Assembly: GCA_963662335.2 (NCBI GenBank)
Contig: CAXXVD010000001.1
Span: forward strand, 678,669-742,668
Source: Chloroflexota bacterium
Lineage (GTDB): Bacteria > Chloroflexota > UBA11872 > VXOZ01
Direction: 5' to 3'
DNA: 64,000 nucleotides
Shown here piece by piece: positions 1-10,284 of the stretch. Made by a program: the position numbers and the translations under genes. How positions within the stretch are numbered: the stretch's first letter is position 1; each line of letters opens with the position of its first letter. The notes below the pieces were generated by a model. It was not told the origin of the DNA, made no database searches, and saw nothing but the letters and a program-made list of their open reading frames with translations.

Positions 1-695
1 TGCAAGCGTATGACTCTGTCGCGATTAAGGCCGACGTGGAACTGGGCGGCACCGACCAGTACTTCAACTTCCAGGTGGCCCGCGACATCATGCCGTCCCA
101 CGGCCTGCCGCCGCAGCAGTTCCTCACCTGGCCGCTGCTGGTGGGCACCGACGGCACGCGCAAGATGAGCAAGAGCTACGACAACTACGTGGCGATCACC
201 GATGAGCCAAACGAGATGTACGGCAAGGTGATGTCGCTCACCGACGACGTGATGCGCGACTACTTCGAGACGCTGACGGACATCCCGGCGCCGGATTTGG
301 ATGAGATGTTTAGCGAAATGGCTGCCGAACGGCGCAACCCCCGCGACGTGAAAGCCCGCCTGGCCCGCGAGATCGTGGCCCAGTTCCACGACGAGGCCGC
401 CGCAGAGTCCGCCGAGGCCGAGTTCATCCGCCGGTTCCGCCAACGCGCGCTGCCCAGCGACATCCCGTCAATCCCCCTGAACGACACCCTACGCAACGCC
501 CACACCATCGTAGACGCCCTCATCGCCGCCAACCTCGCCCAGAGCCGCTCCGAGGCCCGCCGCCTCGTCCAACAAGGCGGCGTCCGCCTCGACACCACCC
601 GCGTCACCGACCCCAACACGCCCTACACCGCCAAAGCGGGGCAAGTCTTCCAGGTCGGCAAGCGGAAGTTCGGCAAGGTGGGCGAGAGCGCCTAA
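1..695 (+). CDS. tyrS: Tyrosyl-tRNA synthetase, C-terminal part (5' end lies outside the window)
   Basis: Frame open from the window start (QAYDSVAIKADVELGGTDQ); KMSKS motif; C-terminal S4-like domain (SRSEARRLVQQGGV...QVGKRKF). Confidence 0.96.
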   Translation, partial: QAYDSVAIKADVELGGTDQYFNFQVARDIMPSHGLPPQQFLTWPLLVGTDGTRKMSKSYDNYVAITDEPNEMYGKVMSLTDDVMRDYFETLTDIPAPDLDEMFSEMAAERRNPRDVKARLAREIVAQFHDEAAAESAEAEFIRRFRQRALPSDIPSIPLNDTLRNAHTIVDALIAANLAQSRSEARRLVQQGGVRLDTTRVTDPNTPYTAKAGQVFQVGKRKFGKVGESA

Positions 696-869
696 CCGCA
701 ATTCGATGGGGTACGTCGACGCTCCCGGAGAGGATCGCGCACGGTGGGGGTGTCGCATCCCGAAACCCCTAGAATCTTAACGTTCATCATCTTGTTGAGC
801 GCCCAAAGCCGGTGATGTACCATCGAATTACATGGGCCCACGCTCGAACGGCCCACACCAGGTAGGAGT

Positions 870-2042
870 GTGCACGTCGTGAGCCGCCGTCTGCTGATAA
901 CGCTAGAACCCAATGTGCTGCGCTGGGCGCGGGAACGCGCGCGGCTTGAGCCGGAGCAACTGGCCCGCAAGATGCAGGTGAAGCCGGAGCGGGTGCGTGA
1001 GTGGGAAGTCTCCGGCAAGATTAGCATGGCCCAAGCTGACAAGGTTGCGCACCATACGCATACCCCGCTTGGTTTTCTCTATCTCCCGCAGCCCCCCGAA
1101 GACCGCTTGCCCATCCGCGATTTCCGCACCCGCGGCGGCGAAATGCTACGCCCTAGCCCAGACTTGCTGGAAACCGTCTATCTCATGCAGCGCCGCCAAG
1201 CGTGGATGCGGGACGACGTGATCGAAGAGATCGGCGAGCCACTGGATTTCGTTGGCGCGTTCGATGGGAGTACGGACGCGCTTGAGGTTGCCGCTGCCAT
1301 GCGTGACGCCCTGCGGCTTGAGCCGAATTGGGCTTCTCGGCAATCCACCTGGACAGGCGCGCTCAGTCACCTGCGCGAACAGGCGGACAACGCCGGTGTG
1401 CTCGTCGTCTTCTCCGGGGTGGTTGGCAACAACACCCACCGCAAGTTGGACACCAACGAGTTTCAGGGCTTTGCCCTTGTAGACGAGTATGCGCCGCTAG
1501 TCTTTGTAAACAGTGCCGACTTCCAGGCGGCGCAAATGTTCACGCTGGCGCACGAACTGGCCCACTTGCTAGTTGGCAAGAGCGGTGTAACAAGCTTTGA
1601 CAACCACCAAGCGCCAAGCGATGACACCGAGCAATTCTGCAATCGGACTGCCGCGGAGTTTCTGGCGCCGGAGGAAGAACTGCGCGCTTTCTGGCCGGCC
1701 GCCGGGAAGGCGAACAATCCCTACCAGGCAATCGCGCGCCGGTTCAAGGTGAGCACACTGGTAGCCGCGCGCCGCGCGCTCGATCTCAAGTTGATCGACA
1801 CAGCGACATTCTTTGAATTCTATGAGGAGTCCAAGACCACGGTCTGGCTGAGGAAGCGGCCGCTAAGCGCAGGCGGCGATTTCTGGAACACGCAGCGATG
1901 GCGCATCGGCCCCCGCTTTGGCGCAGCCGTAGTCCGCGCGGCAAAGGAAGGCCGCCTGCTCTATACAGAAGCATATCGTCTAACCGGCCTGAATAGGGTT
2001 ACATTCGAGAAGCTTCCTGAGAAGTTCGAGGTAATCCTATAG
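870..2042 (+). CDS. XRE-type HTH plus ImmA/IrrE-family Zn metallopeptidase
   Basis: N-terminal LRWARERARL HTH; FTLAHELAH (HExxH); start could be GTG 879 after AGGAG. Confidence 0.88.
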   Translation: MHVVSRRLLITLEPNVLRWARERARLEPEQLARKMQVKPERVREWEVSGKISMAQADKVAHHTHTPLGFLYLPQPPEDRLPIRDFRTRGGEMLRPSPDLLETVYLMQRRQAWMRDDVIEEIGEPLDFVGAFDGSTDALEVAAAMRDALRLEPNWASRQSTWTGALSHLREQADNAGVLVVFSGVVGNNTHRKLDTNEFQGFALVDEYAPLVFVNSADFQAAQMFTLAHELAHLLVGKSGVTSFDNHQAPSDDTEQFCNRTAAEFLAPEEELRAFWPAAGKANNPYQAIARRFKVSTLVAARRALDLKLIDTATFFEFYEESKTTVWLRKRPLSAGGDFWNTQRWRIGPRFGAAVVRAAKEGRLLYTEAYRLTGLNRVTFEKLPEKFEVIL

Positions 2043-2563
2043 TGAAGCGTCCTACTCACTTGTTCGTCTTAGACACAAGCGTGTTTGTGCAAGCACACCG
2101 CAACTACTATGCCCATGACATTTGTCCAGGGTTTTGGAATCTTCTCGACCACTTTGCTCTAGAGGGTTTCATTTCGAGTATAGATCGCGTGCAAGAAGAG
2201 ATTTTTGCACCGGATGAGCCCGACGAATTGACTGCGTGGGCAATTCAGGCGCCATCAAGCTTCTTCAAGTCCACGGGGGAGCAAGCTGTAATTGGCGCAT
2301 ACCAGCAGATGCAGTCGAGGCTTCAGAGAAGTGCACAGTTTAGCGCTGACGCAAAGTTGAAGTTCGGAGAAGCTGCCGATGGATGGGTAGTGGCATATGC
2401 ACGTGCGCACGGCGCTGCTGTAGTCACTCAGGAGGTCTATAGCGCAAATGTGAAGAAGCGAATTCCCATACCAAACGTATGCCTAGAGTTTGATGTCACT
2501 CACATTGACACTTTCGAGATGCTGCGCCAACTTGGAGCGCACTTTTATTGGCAGCAACCATGA
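2042..2563 (+). CDS. DUF4411-family PIN-like protein
   Basis: LDTSVFVQAHRNYY...FW...ADGWVVAYA...VVTQE...KRIPIPNVC pattern; 1-nt overlap with the upstream stop. Confidence 0.8.
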   Translation: MKRPTHLFVLDTSVFVQAHRNYYAHDICPGFWNLLDHFALEGFISSIDRVQEEIFAPDEPDELTAWAIQAPSSFFKSTGEQAVIGAYQQMQSRLQRSAQFSADAKLKFGEAADGWVVAYARAHGAAVVTQEVYSANVKKRIPIPNVCLEFDVTHIDTFEMLRQLGAHFYWQQP

Positions 2564-2635
2564 TGGTCGCTGAAGAGGGACTCGCTACCGACTGTACCTA
2601 ACGGTTTGTAATTCGCCTCTTACAAGGACCTCCTA

Positions 2636-3817
2636 TCAAGTCCAGTCTGCGTGCGGCGTTTTGCCTTCCTGCCGCACATTACCTGGGCGAAAATCGGGCA
2701 CTTCCAGCAGCGTCGTACCTTGCTCTATCGAATCCGCCGCGAGTATGGCGGGGGCGGCGGTATCCATGGCTTGGTAGACGGTGAAGTCTAGAGGGGCTTT
2801 GCCGAGCACGGCGTCGCGGAAGGTGGTGTGGACGTAGTAGTCGGCGTCGCCGTGGCCGCTGCCGCGGGCGGCGGGTGGGGCGTCGGTGCGGGCGTGGCCC
2901 CAGTCCATCTCGGCCAGGTCGTGCATCTGGGCGTCGGCCAGCCACATGAGCGGTTTGCCGCTGCCGCTGCGCTTCCATTCCAGCACGCCGTTCGTGCCGC
3001 TCACGTGGAACCAGTGGTGGCCCATGCCGTGGGAGACCGGTTGGGTGAAGCCGCAGACCAGCCGCAGCAGCGCGTCCTTCTCCGTCTTCATCAGCGCCGC
3101 CTGTACGTCCGGCTGGCCGATTTCGGGATGCGCATAGCTGGGCGCGCCGGTGCTCATGGCGGTCACGCTCACCACCCGGTCGTCCAGCACCTTCAGCAGC
3201 GGGCTGAGTTCGTGGGGCAGGTAGTGAATCGGCGGCATGGTGTGGAGCCAGTTCGGCTGCGCGCCGGGTTTTTCATCAAGCTCTTCGACCGCCGCAAACT
3301 CACCTGAATTGGGGTCTTGAAAAAACTGGCGCGTGCCGTAGTAGCCGATGTACTGCCCTTCGCAGAAGGTGATGCGCCCCAAACGCCCGGCCTGCACCAG
3401 GTCGCGCCAGGCGTCGATGTAGCCCCAGAAGCGGGTCTGCTCGCCAAGCTGGTAGACCAGGCCGGAGCGCTCCTGCGCCAGCACGATGCGCCAGCAATCT
3501 TCCAGGGTGTGCGCCGCCGGCACCTCGCTGTTCACGTGCTTGCCGGCCTCCAGGGCCATGGCCGCCAGCGCGCCCTGCTCCCGGCAGCGCACGGTTAGGG
3601 CCACCGCGTCCACCCGCGGATCGCCCAGCATATCTTCATAGCCGGCATAGGCCGTCACGCCTTGGCGGTCTGCCAAAGCAGCCAGCGCCCGCTCGTGCAG
3701 CGCCGCAATCGGGTCGCACAGCGCCGTGATGCGGTAGCCGTCGATGCGCTCCACCATGCGCAGCCAGTGCAGGCCACGATGGCCCAGTCCGACCAGGCCG
3801 ATGCGTATTTCGTCCAT
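2636..3817 (-). CDS. Gfo/Idh/MocA-family oxidoreductase
   Basis: IGLVGLGHRG Rossmann start; AGKHVNSEVP motif. Confidence 0.88.
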   Translation of the reverse strand: MDEIRIGLVGLGHRGLHWLRMVERIDGYRITALCDPIAALHERALAALADRQGVTAYAGYEDMLGDPRVDAVALTVRCREQGALAAMALEAGKHVNSEVPAAHTLEDCWRIVLAQERSGLVYQLGEQTRFWGYIDAWRDLVQAGRLGRITFCEGQYIGYYGTRQFFQDPNSGEFAAVEELDEKPGAQPNWLHTMPPIHYLPHELSPLLKVLDDRVVSVTAMSTGAPSYAHPEIGQPDVQAALMKTEKDALLRLVCGFTQPVSHGMGHHWFHVSGTNGVLEWKRSGSGKPLMWLADAQMHDLAEMDWGHARTDAPPAARGSGHGDADYYVHTTFRDAVLGKAPLDFTVYQAMDTAAPAILAADSIEQGTTLLEVPDFRPGNVRQEGKTPHADWT

Positions 3818-3862
3818 GCTTTGCGCCTTTCTGCGGTTCGTGTGCTCTTGCCGCGTGTCTGC

Positions 3863-4456
3863 TCAAGCGGATGTGGGCAATTGCCGGTCGCTGTCAGGCG
3901 GCTGCGCCTTGGCCCGCGCGCCCTGCAAGCGGGCGGCGAGAATGCCCGCCAGCAGGCCGCACAGATGGCCTTCCCAGGAGATGAGGGCGCTGGTGGGCAG
4001 CACGCCCAAGATGAGGCCGCCGTAGAAGAAGACGGTGACGAGCGCGATGACAATCGACCGCAGGCTGCGCTCGTACCAGGCGCGCGCCACCAGGTAGCCG
4101 AAGTACCCAAAGATGAGGCCGCTGGCGCCGATGTGGTAGCCCGTCCTGCCAACCAGCCACAGCGCCGCGCCGCCGCCGAGCATGACCACCAGCGAGACGC
4201 CCAGAAACGCCCGCCGGCCGCGCACCGCCACCAACCCGCCGAGCACCAGGAACGGCACGGTGTTCACCAGCAGATGGCTCAGGTTGGCGTGGATGAACGG
4301 GCTGAGCGGAATGCCGCGCAGTCCTTCCAGGGTGCGCGGCACGATGCCCCAGGTGTTGAGGTGATGCCCGGTGAGGAGATTGGCCGCTTCCACCGCCCAG
4401 AGCAGGGCGGCGACCGCCAGCACCGGCAGCAGGTTCCGCTTGAGTTGCGCGGCCAT
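3863..4456 (-). CDS. Rhomboid-family intramembrane serine protease
   Basis: HxxxxHLxxN, GASG catalytic Ser, SWEGHLCG catalytic His. Confidence 0.92.
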   Translation of the reverse strand: MAAQLKRNLLPVLAVAALLWAVEAANLLTGHHLNTWGIVPRTLEGLRGIPLSPFIHANLSHLLVNTVPFLVLGGLVAVRGRRAFLGVSLVVMLGGGAALWLVGRTGYHIGASGLIFGYFGYLVARAWYERSLRSIVIALVTVFFYGGLILGVLPTSALISWEGHLCGLLAGILAARLQGARAKAQPPDSDRQLPTSA

Positions 4457-4474
4457 GCCACGCCGGCCGGGCGG

Positions 4475-4762
4475 CTAGACGCCCTCGACGATAACGACGT
4501 TGGCGTCGGCGGACCTGGCGCGGATCTCCTTGAGCGCGGCAAAGTCGGCCGAGTCGAAGAAGGCCCGGGCCGCCGCGGCGTCGGCAAACTCGATCACCAC
4601 CAGGCGGTCGGGGACCCAGTCGCCCTCGATGACCTCGTTCGCGCCGCCGCGCACCAGGTACCTGCCGCCGGCGGCCGCCACGACCCCGGCTACCTTTTCG
4701 CGAAACTCGCTGTAGGTAGCCTCGTCCTTTATCTCATTGTTGACAATCGCGTATGCCGCCAT
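4475..4762 (-). CDS. DUF1330-domain protein
   Basis: GGRYLVRGG...EGDW.PDRLVVIEF pattern. Confidence 0.88.
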   Translation of the reverse strand: MAAYAIVNNEIKDEATYSEFREKVAGVVAAAGGRYLVRGGANEVIEGDWVPDRLVVIEFADAAAARAFFDSADFAALKEIRARSADANVVIVEGV

Positions 4763-4884
4763 GGTTCTGCCATCCTTTCTGCGTGCGGGGGCGTTCGTGC
4801 CCCCGTTCCTACGCTTTCACCACATATTACCACGACATGAAGAGACGCCCACGCGCGCCCCGCTGGCACACGCCAGCGCCACGG

Positions 4885-6684
4885 CTAGCGCGACCCGGCC
4901 ACCTGCACGGCCACCACGTCGATGCCGTGGTACTTGCGGTGGCGCACGGCGGCGGCGTAGCGCCGCAGCAGGCGGAACGACAGGTCTTCCACGTCCGGCG
5001 TCTCGGCCTGATCGCTCAGATACGCCAGGCGGTCTTCCAGATTCTCCTCGTCGAAGACGGCCAGGAACTCCATCTCCACGTGGCCGGCCTCCGGGCGGGC
5101 ATTGATGATGAGGCGCGGCGCGTTGGCGGCGGCTTGCTCGGAGATTGCGCCTTCATCGGAGACACCAACTTCCTCAGAATGGCCCCTATCGTCCGCCAGC
5201 GGTTGCAGCAGACAGGCCAGCGTCTCCTCACCGGCCGCGCGCAGCCGCTCGGTGGATTCGTGGTTCCAGCCGATTCGCGCCGCAAGGTCTTTCAAGTAGG
5301 CGTCGATATCGGGCAGGCTGGACATCGCCAGAGACGTTTCCAGTCGTTTGCCCCGGCGGCCGGAAAGCTCCAGGAACCATGTCAGCAGGATTGCCGTTAG
5401 CAGGCCCAGGGTCATGCCGTGGCTCAGGGGCGCGGCCCACGTGCCCGCCAGCAGTTCCGCCAGCACGTCGCTGCTTTCCAACCCGATGCAGAGGGAGACC
5501 GCCACGCCCACCGTCAGCGCCTTCGCCGGCGCGAGTTCTTCCTGAAAGACCATTCTCATGCCTTGCACGAAGAGCCGGCCCATGACGAACAGCAGGAACG
5601 CGCCGATGACGGGGCTGGGAATCGTCAGCAACACGGCCACGGCCTTGGGCAGGAACGCCAGCGCGATCATCAGGCCGCCGAGCGCGAGGCCGACCCGGCG
5701 CGCCGCGTTGCCGGTAAGCTCGATGAGCGATATGTTGGACGCCGTGTAGACGATGGTCGGCAGCGTGCCCGCCAAACCGGCAAGGAGCGTGCCCAGGCCG
5801 TTCGTGTTGACCGCGCCCTGCACCAGGCGAAAGTCGGTGGCCTGCGGCCGGCGGCGCGACATCTGCTGGATGAAGACGCCGTCGCTGCTCATCTTGACGG
5901 CAACGACGAGGCTGACCAGCAAGAACATGGGCAGCAGCGCCCAGAAGTCCGCGCCAAAGCTGAGGTCCAGTCCCTGCCAGGCGGAAAAGTCCGGCGCTTG
6001 GAGCCACGCGGCGGCGACTGCCGGCTGCCAGTCGTAGATGCCGAAGAGGACGGACGCCGCGGAACCGGCGGCCAGCGCGATGAGCACGGCCCAGAGCCGC
6101 CAGAGCCCGCTGGCGCGCATGGCCAGGCCGGCCGCCCCGGCCAGGGTGACCGCCGCCACCACCGGCCCGGCCGTGGGCGGCGCGTCCGCGGGAATCCTGT
6201 CTATGCGCTCGAACGCGATGGACATGACGGTAACGGCAATGAGCATGAGCGCCGTGCCGCAGACCACCGGCGTGACGATGCGCCGCAGCAGCGGCAGCCA
6301 CGCGGAAAGCGCGAACTGCATGAGCGACGCCACGACGATCAGGCTCGCCAGCATGGGCACGCCGCCGGCCGCCAGCGCGATCACGGCGACCGCGATGAAG
6401 TGGGGGCCGGCGCCGGACATGAGCAGGTGGCCCGCGCCCAGGCGTCCAAAACGGCACGCCTGCAAGGCGGTCACGACGCCGCCGATCACCAGCGCCGCAA
6501 AGACGGCCCACGCCAGATAGCCGTCTTCCAGGCCGCCGGCCCGCGCCGCAACGGTGACGAACAAGGCCGTGTTCGTCAGGGAAATCATCACGCCCTGAAG
6601 CGCGACCCCCAGCGCGTGGAACGGCGGGCACGGGTCGTCAGGCTGGTAGCGGATGTGTTCGGCTGCGCGAGCTATGTTCTGCAT
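4885..6684 (-). CDS. NCS2 (xanthine/uracil permease-like) transporter with a C-terminal degenerate HATPase/RsbW-like domain
   Basis: IRYQPDDPCP start, multi-TM core with TALQA..FGRLGAG and ...ELTG motif; about 150-aa soluble tail. Confidence 0.8.
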   Translation of the reverse strand: MQNIARAAEHIRYQPDDPCPPFHALGVALQGVMISLTNTALFVTVAARAGGLEDGYLAWAVFAALVIGGVVTALQACRFGRLGAGHLLMSGAGPHFIAVAVIALAAGGVPMLASLIVVASLMQFALSAWLPLLRRIVTPVVCGTALMLIAVTVMSIAFERIDRIPADAPPTAGPVVAAVTLAGAAGLAMRASGLWRLWAVLIALAAGSAASVLFGIYDWQPAVAAAWLQAPDFSAWQGLDLSFGADFWALLPMFLLVSLVVAVKMSSDGVFIQQMSRRRPQATDFRLVQGAVNTNGLGTLLAGLAGTLPTIVYTASNISLIELTGNAARRVGLALGGLMIALAFLPKAVAVLLTIPSPVIGAFLLFVMGRLFVQGMRMVFQEELAPAKALTVGVAVSLCIGLESSDVLAELLAGTWAAPLSHGMTLGLLTAILLTWFLELSGRRGKRLETSLAMSSLPDIDAYLKDLAARIGWNHESTERLRAAGEETLACLLQPLADDRGHSEEVGVSDEGAISEQAAANAPRLIINARPEAGHVEMEFLAVFDEENLEDRLAYLSDQAETPDVEDLSFRLLRRYAAAVRHRKYHGIDVVAVQVAGSR

Positions 6685-6724
6685 CTATTGGGCTGACGCC
6701 CTGCCCCGTTGCGCGGGCCTTGGG

Positions 6725-7621
6725 CTACGACCCGCCTCTGCCGGGGTAGGTCAATTCAGCCACGCCGGACTTGTCCAGTTCGCCCAGGCCCATGTCGATC
6801 ATCCGGTCGTACTGGGCCTTGGTGGCCTTGGCCAATGGCAGGGAGAGGCCGGCGGCGTCCGCCAGGTCCAGCGCGATGCCGGAGTCTTTTGAGGCGTGGG
6901 CGGCGGAGAAGTAGCACTCGTGGTCGCGGGCTTCCATGTCCTCGCCGTCGGTTTCCAGCACCCGCGAGTTCGCGCCGGTCTGGGAAAAGACCTCTTGCAG
7001 CATCCCGCTGTCCAGCCCCAGCGCCTCGCCCAGGCCCAGGCCCTCGGCCAGGCCGGCCGTATTGATGTTCATCACCATGTTCACCAGCGCCTTTACCTGG
7101 GCCGCCGTGCCGGCCGCGCCGACGTAGCGCAGCGAGACGCTCATGGTGTCCAGCAGGGGCCGCGCGCGGTCGAAGGCCGCTTCACTGCCGCCGCACATCA
7201 GGTAGAGCGTGCCCTCGCGCGCCTGGGTAATGCTGCTGGCCATGCAGGCTTCCAGGCTCTGCGCGCCGGCCGCCGCCGCGCGGGCTTCCACGTCCACGTG
7301 CACCTGGGGCGTGATGGTGGCGCAATTGACGAAGAGTTTTCCGTTTGCGCCTTGCAATAGGCTATCCCCGTCTTCCGCAAAGACTGCGTACATCGCCGCG
7401 TCGTCGGTGACGACGGTAATGACAGTGTCGGCCAGGCCGGTCACCTGTGCCAGGTTGCCGCAGGCCTGCGCGCCGATCTCGCCGGCGAGTTCCTGGGCGG
7501 CGGGCGCGTTCACGTCGTAGACGGCGGTGACGGCGTAGCCCTCGTCGGTGAGGTGGCGGGCGATGTTCGCGCCCATGCGGCCCACGCCGACCACGCCAAT
7601 CGTTCCAAAATCGGCTCCCAT
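6725..7621 (-). CDS. NAD(P)-dependent beta-hydroxyacid dehydrogenase (3-hydroxyisobutyrate DH family)
   Basis: GVVGVGRMGANIA Rossmann motif; catalytic K in QVKALVN. Confidence 0.88.
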   Translation of the reverse strand: MGADFGTIGVVGVGRMGANIARHLTDEGYAVTAVYDVNAPAAQELAGEIGAQACGNLAQVTGLADTVITVVTDDAAMYAVFAEDGDSLLQGANGKLFVNCATITPQVHVDVEARAAAAGAQSLEACMASSITQAREGTLYLMCGGSEAAFDRARPLLDTMSVSLRYVGAAGTAAQVKALVNMVMNINTAGLAEGLGLGEALGLDSGMLQEVFSQTGANSRVLETDGEDMEARDHECYFSAAHASKDSGIALDLADAAGLSLPLAKATKAQYDRMIDMGLGELDKSGVAELTYPGRGGS

Positions 7622-7737
7622 GATGTGCTCTCTTTCCCGCCGCGCGCAGCGCGGCTCAATAAAGCGCCGTCCGGCCCCCGCAATGGTCAGGCCGAACGGC
7701 GCTTGCAGTCGTTCCTTATGCGTACGGCGCCTGGACG

Positions 7738-8181
7738 TTAGCCGTTGAGCGAACTGTGCAGTTCCTGCCAGTCCTCCAGCGCGTTGAGGCTGACCGCGTC
7801 GGTAATGGCGCCGTCGTTGGCCAGGCCCGTGGCGTCGCAGATGCCGGTCACCACATCGTCGCCGTGGTTATAGCCGCGAATGGCGGCGTTGCTGGCTTCC
7901 ACGGTCTCGGCGGCGATGCTGCCGCCGTTCTGGTCCACCACCCACTGCTCGAACTCCAGGTAGTTCGGCTTATTGGCACGCAGGTAGGCCAGGGCCGCGT
8001 CGCGGTCGACGTTCAGGCCGTCCAGCACCATCTGGTCGAACCCCGCGCCGCACTCGTCATAGTCGTCGGGCAGCGCGCCGTTGGCCGCCAGGGTGACTTT
8101 CAGCCACAGGCGGGGCAGGTGAATTGCGCCCAGGGGTCCGGCTTCGCCCGAACCAATCAACGGTACGATCTTGTCTGCCAT
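7738..8181 (-). CDS. DUF5069-like protein
   Basis: HLPRLWLK...LPDDY...GFDQMVL pattern; AGGAG RBS. Confidence 0.65.
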   Translation of the reverse strand: MADKIVPLIGSGEAGPLGAIHLPRLWLKVTLAANGALPDDYDECGAGFDQMVLDGLNVDRDAALAYLRANKPNYLEFEQWVVDQNGGSIAAETVEASNAAIRGYNHGDDVVTGICDATGLANDGAITDAVSLNALEDWQELHSSLNG

Positions 8182-8318
8182 CGCTCATCCTCCTTGAATT
8201 GCCGCCGCCGCAAAATGGCAGCGAACGCCGCATACAACACGTCTCCTCGTATCGGAGTCACTATAGCCGTCCAGCGGTAGCAGTGTCAACACGGTGGCAA
8301 GTTGCTGGCAGGACGCCC

Positions 8319-8541
8319 GTAGCGTAGGTTTGCAACCTGCGTCCGAGCGTAGGTTTGCAGCCTGCATCCGGGTAGCGTAGGTTTGCAACCTGCGCCGCCG
8401 GGGAGCGGGCGACAGGCCCCAACACCCGTTCGCCCTGAGCTTGTCGAAGGGTGAACGGGGAGGGAAACGGCGTAGCGCTTGCGTCGCTCTCCCGTCCGTT
8501 CGTGCTGAGTGCTGCGCGAAGCCCCTGTCGAAGTATGAACG
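8319..8541. repeat. REP cluster: three GTAG-class palindromes (GTAGCGYAGGTTTGCAACCTGCG) plus two CCGTTCG..CTGAG..TGTCGAAG..GAACGG palindromes
   Basis: Tandem copies read directly; the same units recur at 11970-12016, 49556-49579 and 51822-51844. Confidence 0.85.
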
Positions 8542-8613
8542 GACGGGAGAGCGGCTGCCAGGCACAGTGCGTGCCAAACCCAATGCGAAAGCACTTGGGT
8601 TTTCGCCCCCGGG

Positions 8614-9933
8614 CTACACCTCCAGGTGCGGCCGGATGAGGTCGTCCAGCGTCTCGCGGCGGCGGATGAGGCGGGCGTGGCCGTCGTTCACCAGCGCCAC
8701 CGCCGGGCGCGGTACCAGGTTGTAGTTGCTGGACATCGCCAGGCAGTACGCGCCGGAACTGGGCACGGCGATCAGGTCGCCGGCGTTCAGCCTGGGCATC
8801 TGCACGTCCTTGAAGAGCACGTCGCCGCTCTCGCAGTAGCGGCCGGCGATCGTCACCGTCTCCGCCGGCGCGTCGTGCATACGGTTGCCCACCAGCACCG
8901 TATAGGCGGCGTCGTAGAGGGCCGGGCGGATGTTGTCCGCCATGCCGCCGTCCACGGCCACGTACGCGCGCACGCCGGGTATCGTCTTGCGCGAGCCGAC
9001 GGTGTAGAGGCCCACGCCGGCCTGCCCCACGATCGAGCGTCCGGGTTCCACCACCAGGCGCGGCAGGTCCCAGCCCAGAGCGGCCATGCGGTCTTTCACC
9101 GTGGCGGTCACGGTGTTGGCGAGATCTTCGATCGGCGGCGGGTCGTCGGCGCCGGTGTAGCGGATGCCCCAGCCGCCGCCGGGCGAAAGCTCCTGGACGC
9201 TCAGGCCGTACTTTTGCGCCATCTCCTGGGCGAACGCGATGAGCAGGTCGAGGGTATCCACGTAGGGTTCGATGTCGAAGATCTGGCTGCCGATGTGGGC
9301 GTGGATGCCGATGAGGTCGAGGTGTGGCGCGGCCTGGGCGCGTTTGACGGCCTCTTCCGCCTGGCCGATGGGCAGCGCGAAGCCGAACTTGGAGTCGAGC
9401 GCGCCGGTCTTGATGTAGTCGTGGGTGTGCGCTTCCACGCCGGGGCCGATGCGCAGCAGTATCTGGGCCCGCTTGCCCGCATCCGCCGCAATCGAGTTCA
9501 GCAGGTCGATCTCGTGAAAGTTGTCCGCCACGATGCGGCCCACGCCGGCTTCCAGCGCATAGGCAAGCTCTTCCGGCAGCTTGTTATTGCCGTGGAAGTA
9601 CACCCGGTCCATGGGAAAGCCGGCGGCCGCGGCCACGGCGATCTCGCCGGCCGAGACCACGTCCAGCCCCATGCCCTCTTCCGCGGCGATCTTCACCACG
9701 TGGGGGTCGGAATAGGCCTTGCTGGCGTAGAGGGGCAGGGCGTCCGGATAACCGGCGTTCAGCGCATTGACATAACGGCGCATGTTCGCGCGCAGAGTGG
9801 CTTCGTCGTAGATGTAGAGCGGCGTGCCGAATTCTTGCGCCAGTTCGGTGACGGCCAGGCCGCCAATGCTCAACACACCGTCATCTGAAACCGACGCGGA
9901 AACGGGCAAGACGTGATCTGCTACTGCGGTCAT
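8614..9933 (-). CDS. lysA: Diaminopimelate decarboxylase
   Basis: YASKA PLP-lysine, HIGSQI, EPGRSIVG, YCESGD, GAYCLAMSSNYN. Confidence 0.97.
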   Translation of the reverse strand: MTAVADHVLPVSASVSDDGVLSIGGLAVTELAQEFGTPLYIYDEATLRANMRRYVNALNAGYPDALPLYASKAYSDPHVVKIAAEEGMGLDVVSAGEIAVAAAAGFPMDRVYFHGNNKLPEELAYALEAGVGRIVADNFHEIDLLNSIAADAGKRAQILLRIGPGVEAHTHDYIKTGALDSKFGFALPIGQAEEAVKRAQAAPHLDLIGIHAHIGSQIFDIEPYVDTLDLLIAFAQEMAQKYGLSVQELSPGGGWGIRYTGADDPPPIEDLANTVTATVKDRMAALGWDLPRLVVEPGRSIVGQAGVGLYTVGSRKTIPGVRAYVAVDGGMADNIRPALYDAAYTVLVGNRMHDAPAETVTIAGRYCESGDVLFKDVQMPRLNAGDLIAVPSSGAYCLAMSSNYNLVPRPAVALVNDGHARLIRRRETLDDLIRPHLEV

Positions 9934-10284
9934 CGCTGTCCTGGCTCCTGATTTGGTGAAAACGCTTGCGATACGTACGGTTCATGGTACCGCACTCCGC
10001 CCGAATGCGCTCTACCGGCGCGGCCGCGCGTAGCGGGCGCCGCCGCCTTGCTCGACGAGGGTCCCGGCCACAAGGCGCGGCGGTGGGACGGCCGTGGTCC
10101 GACGCGCCGCGCCCCGCCAAGTCGATTGGCGCTCGCTTGCTAGGCGACGCTGCCCTTAGCCGGTTGCCAATCGCTTAGTTAATGTATATAGTAGCCAGAT
10201 GACAAACAGTTTAAGGATTCTGGAGAGCCTGCGCGGGACGGCCATTCTGCCAGCCTCCCCGGCGCATAGCGAAAGGAAGATGCC

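Noticed and set aside
9934-10284. Lysine riboswitch upstream of lysA
   Set aside because: No recognisable L-box conserved elements by eye; an Rfam scan would be needed
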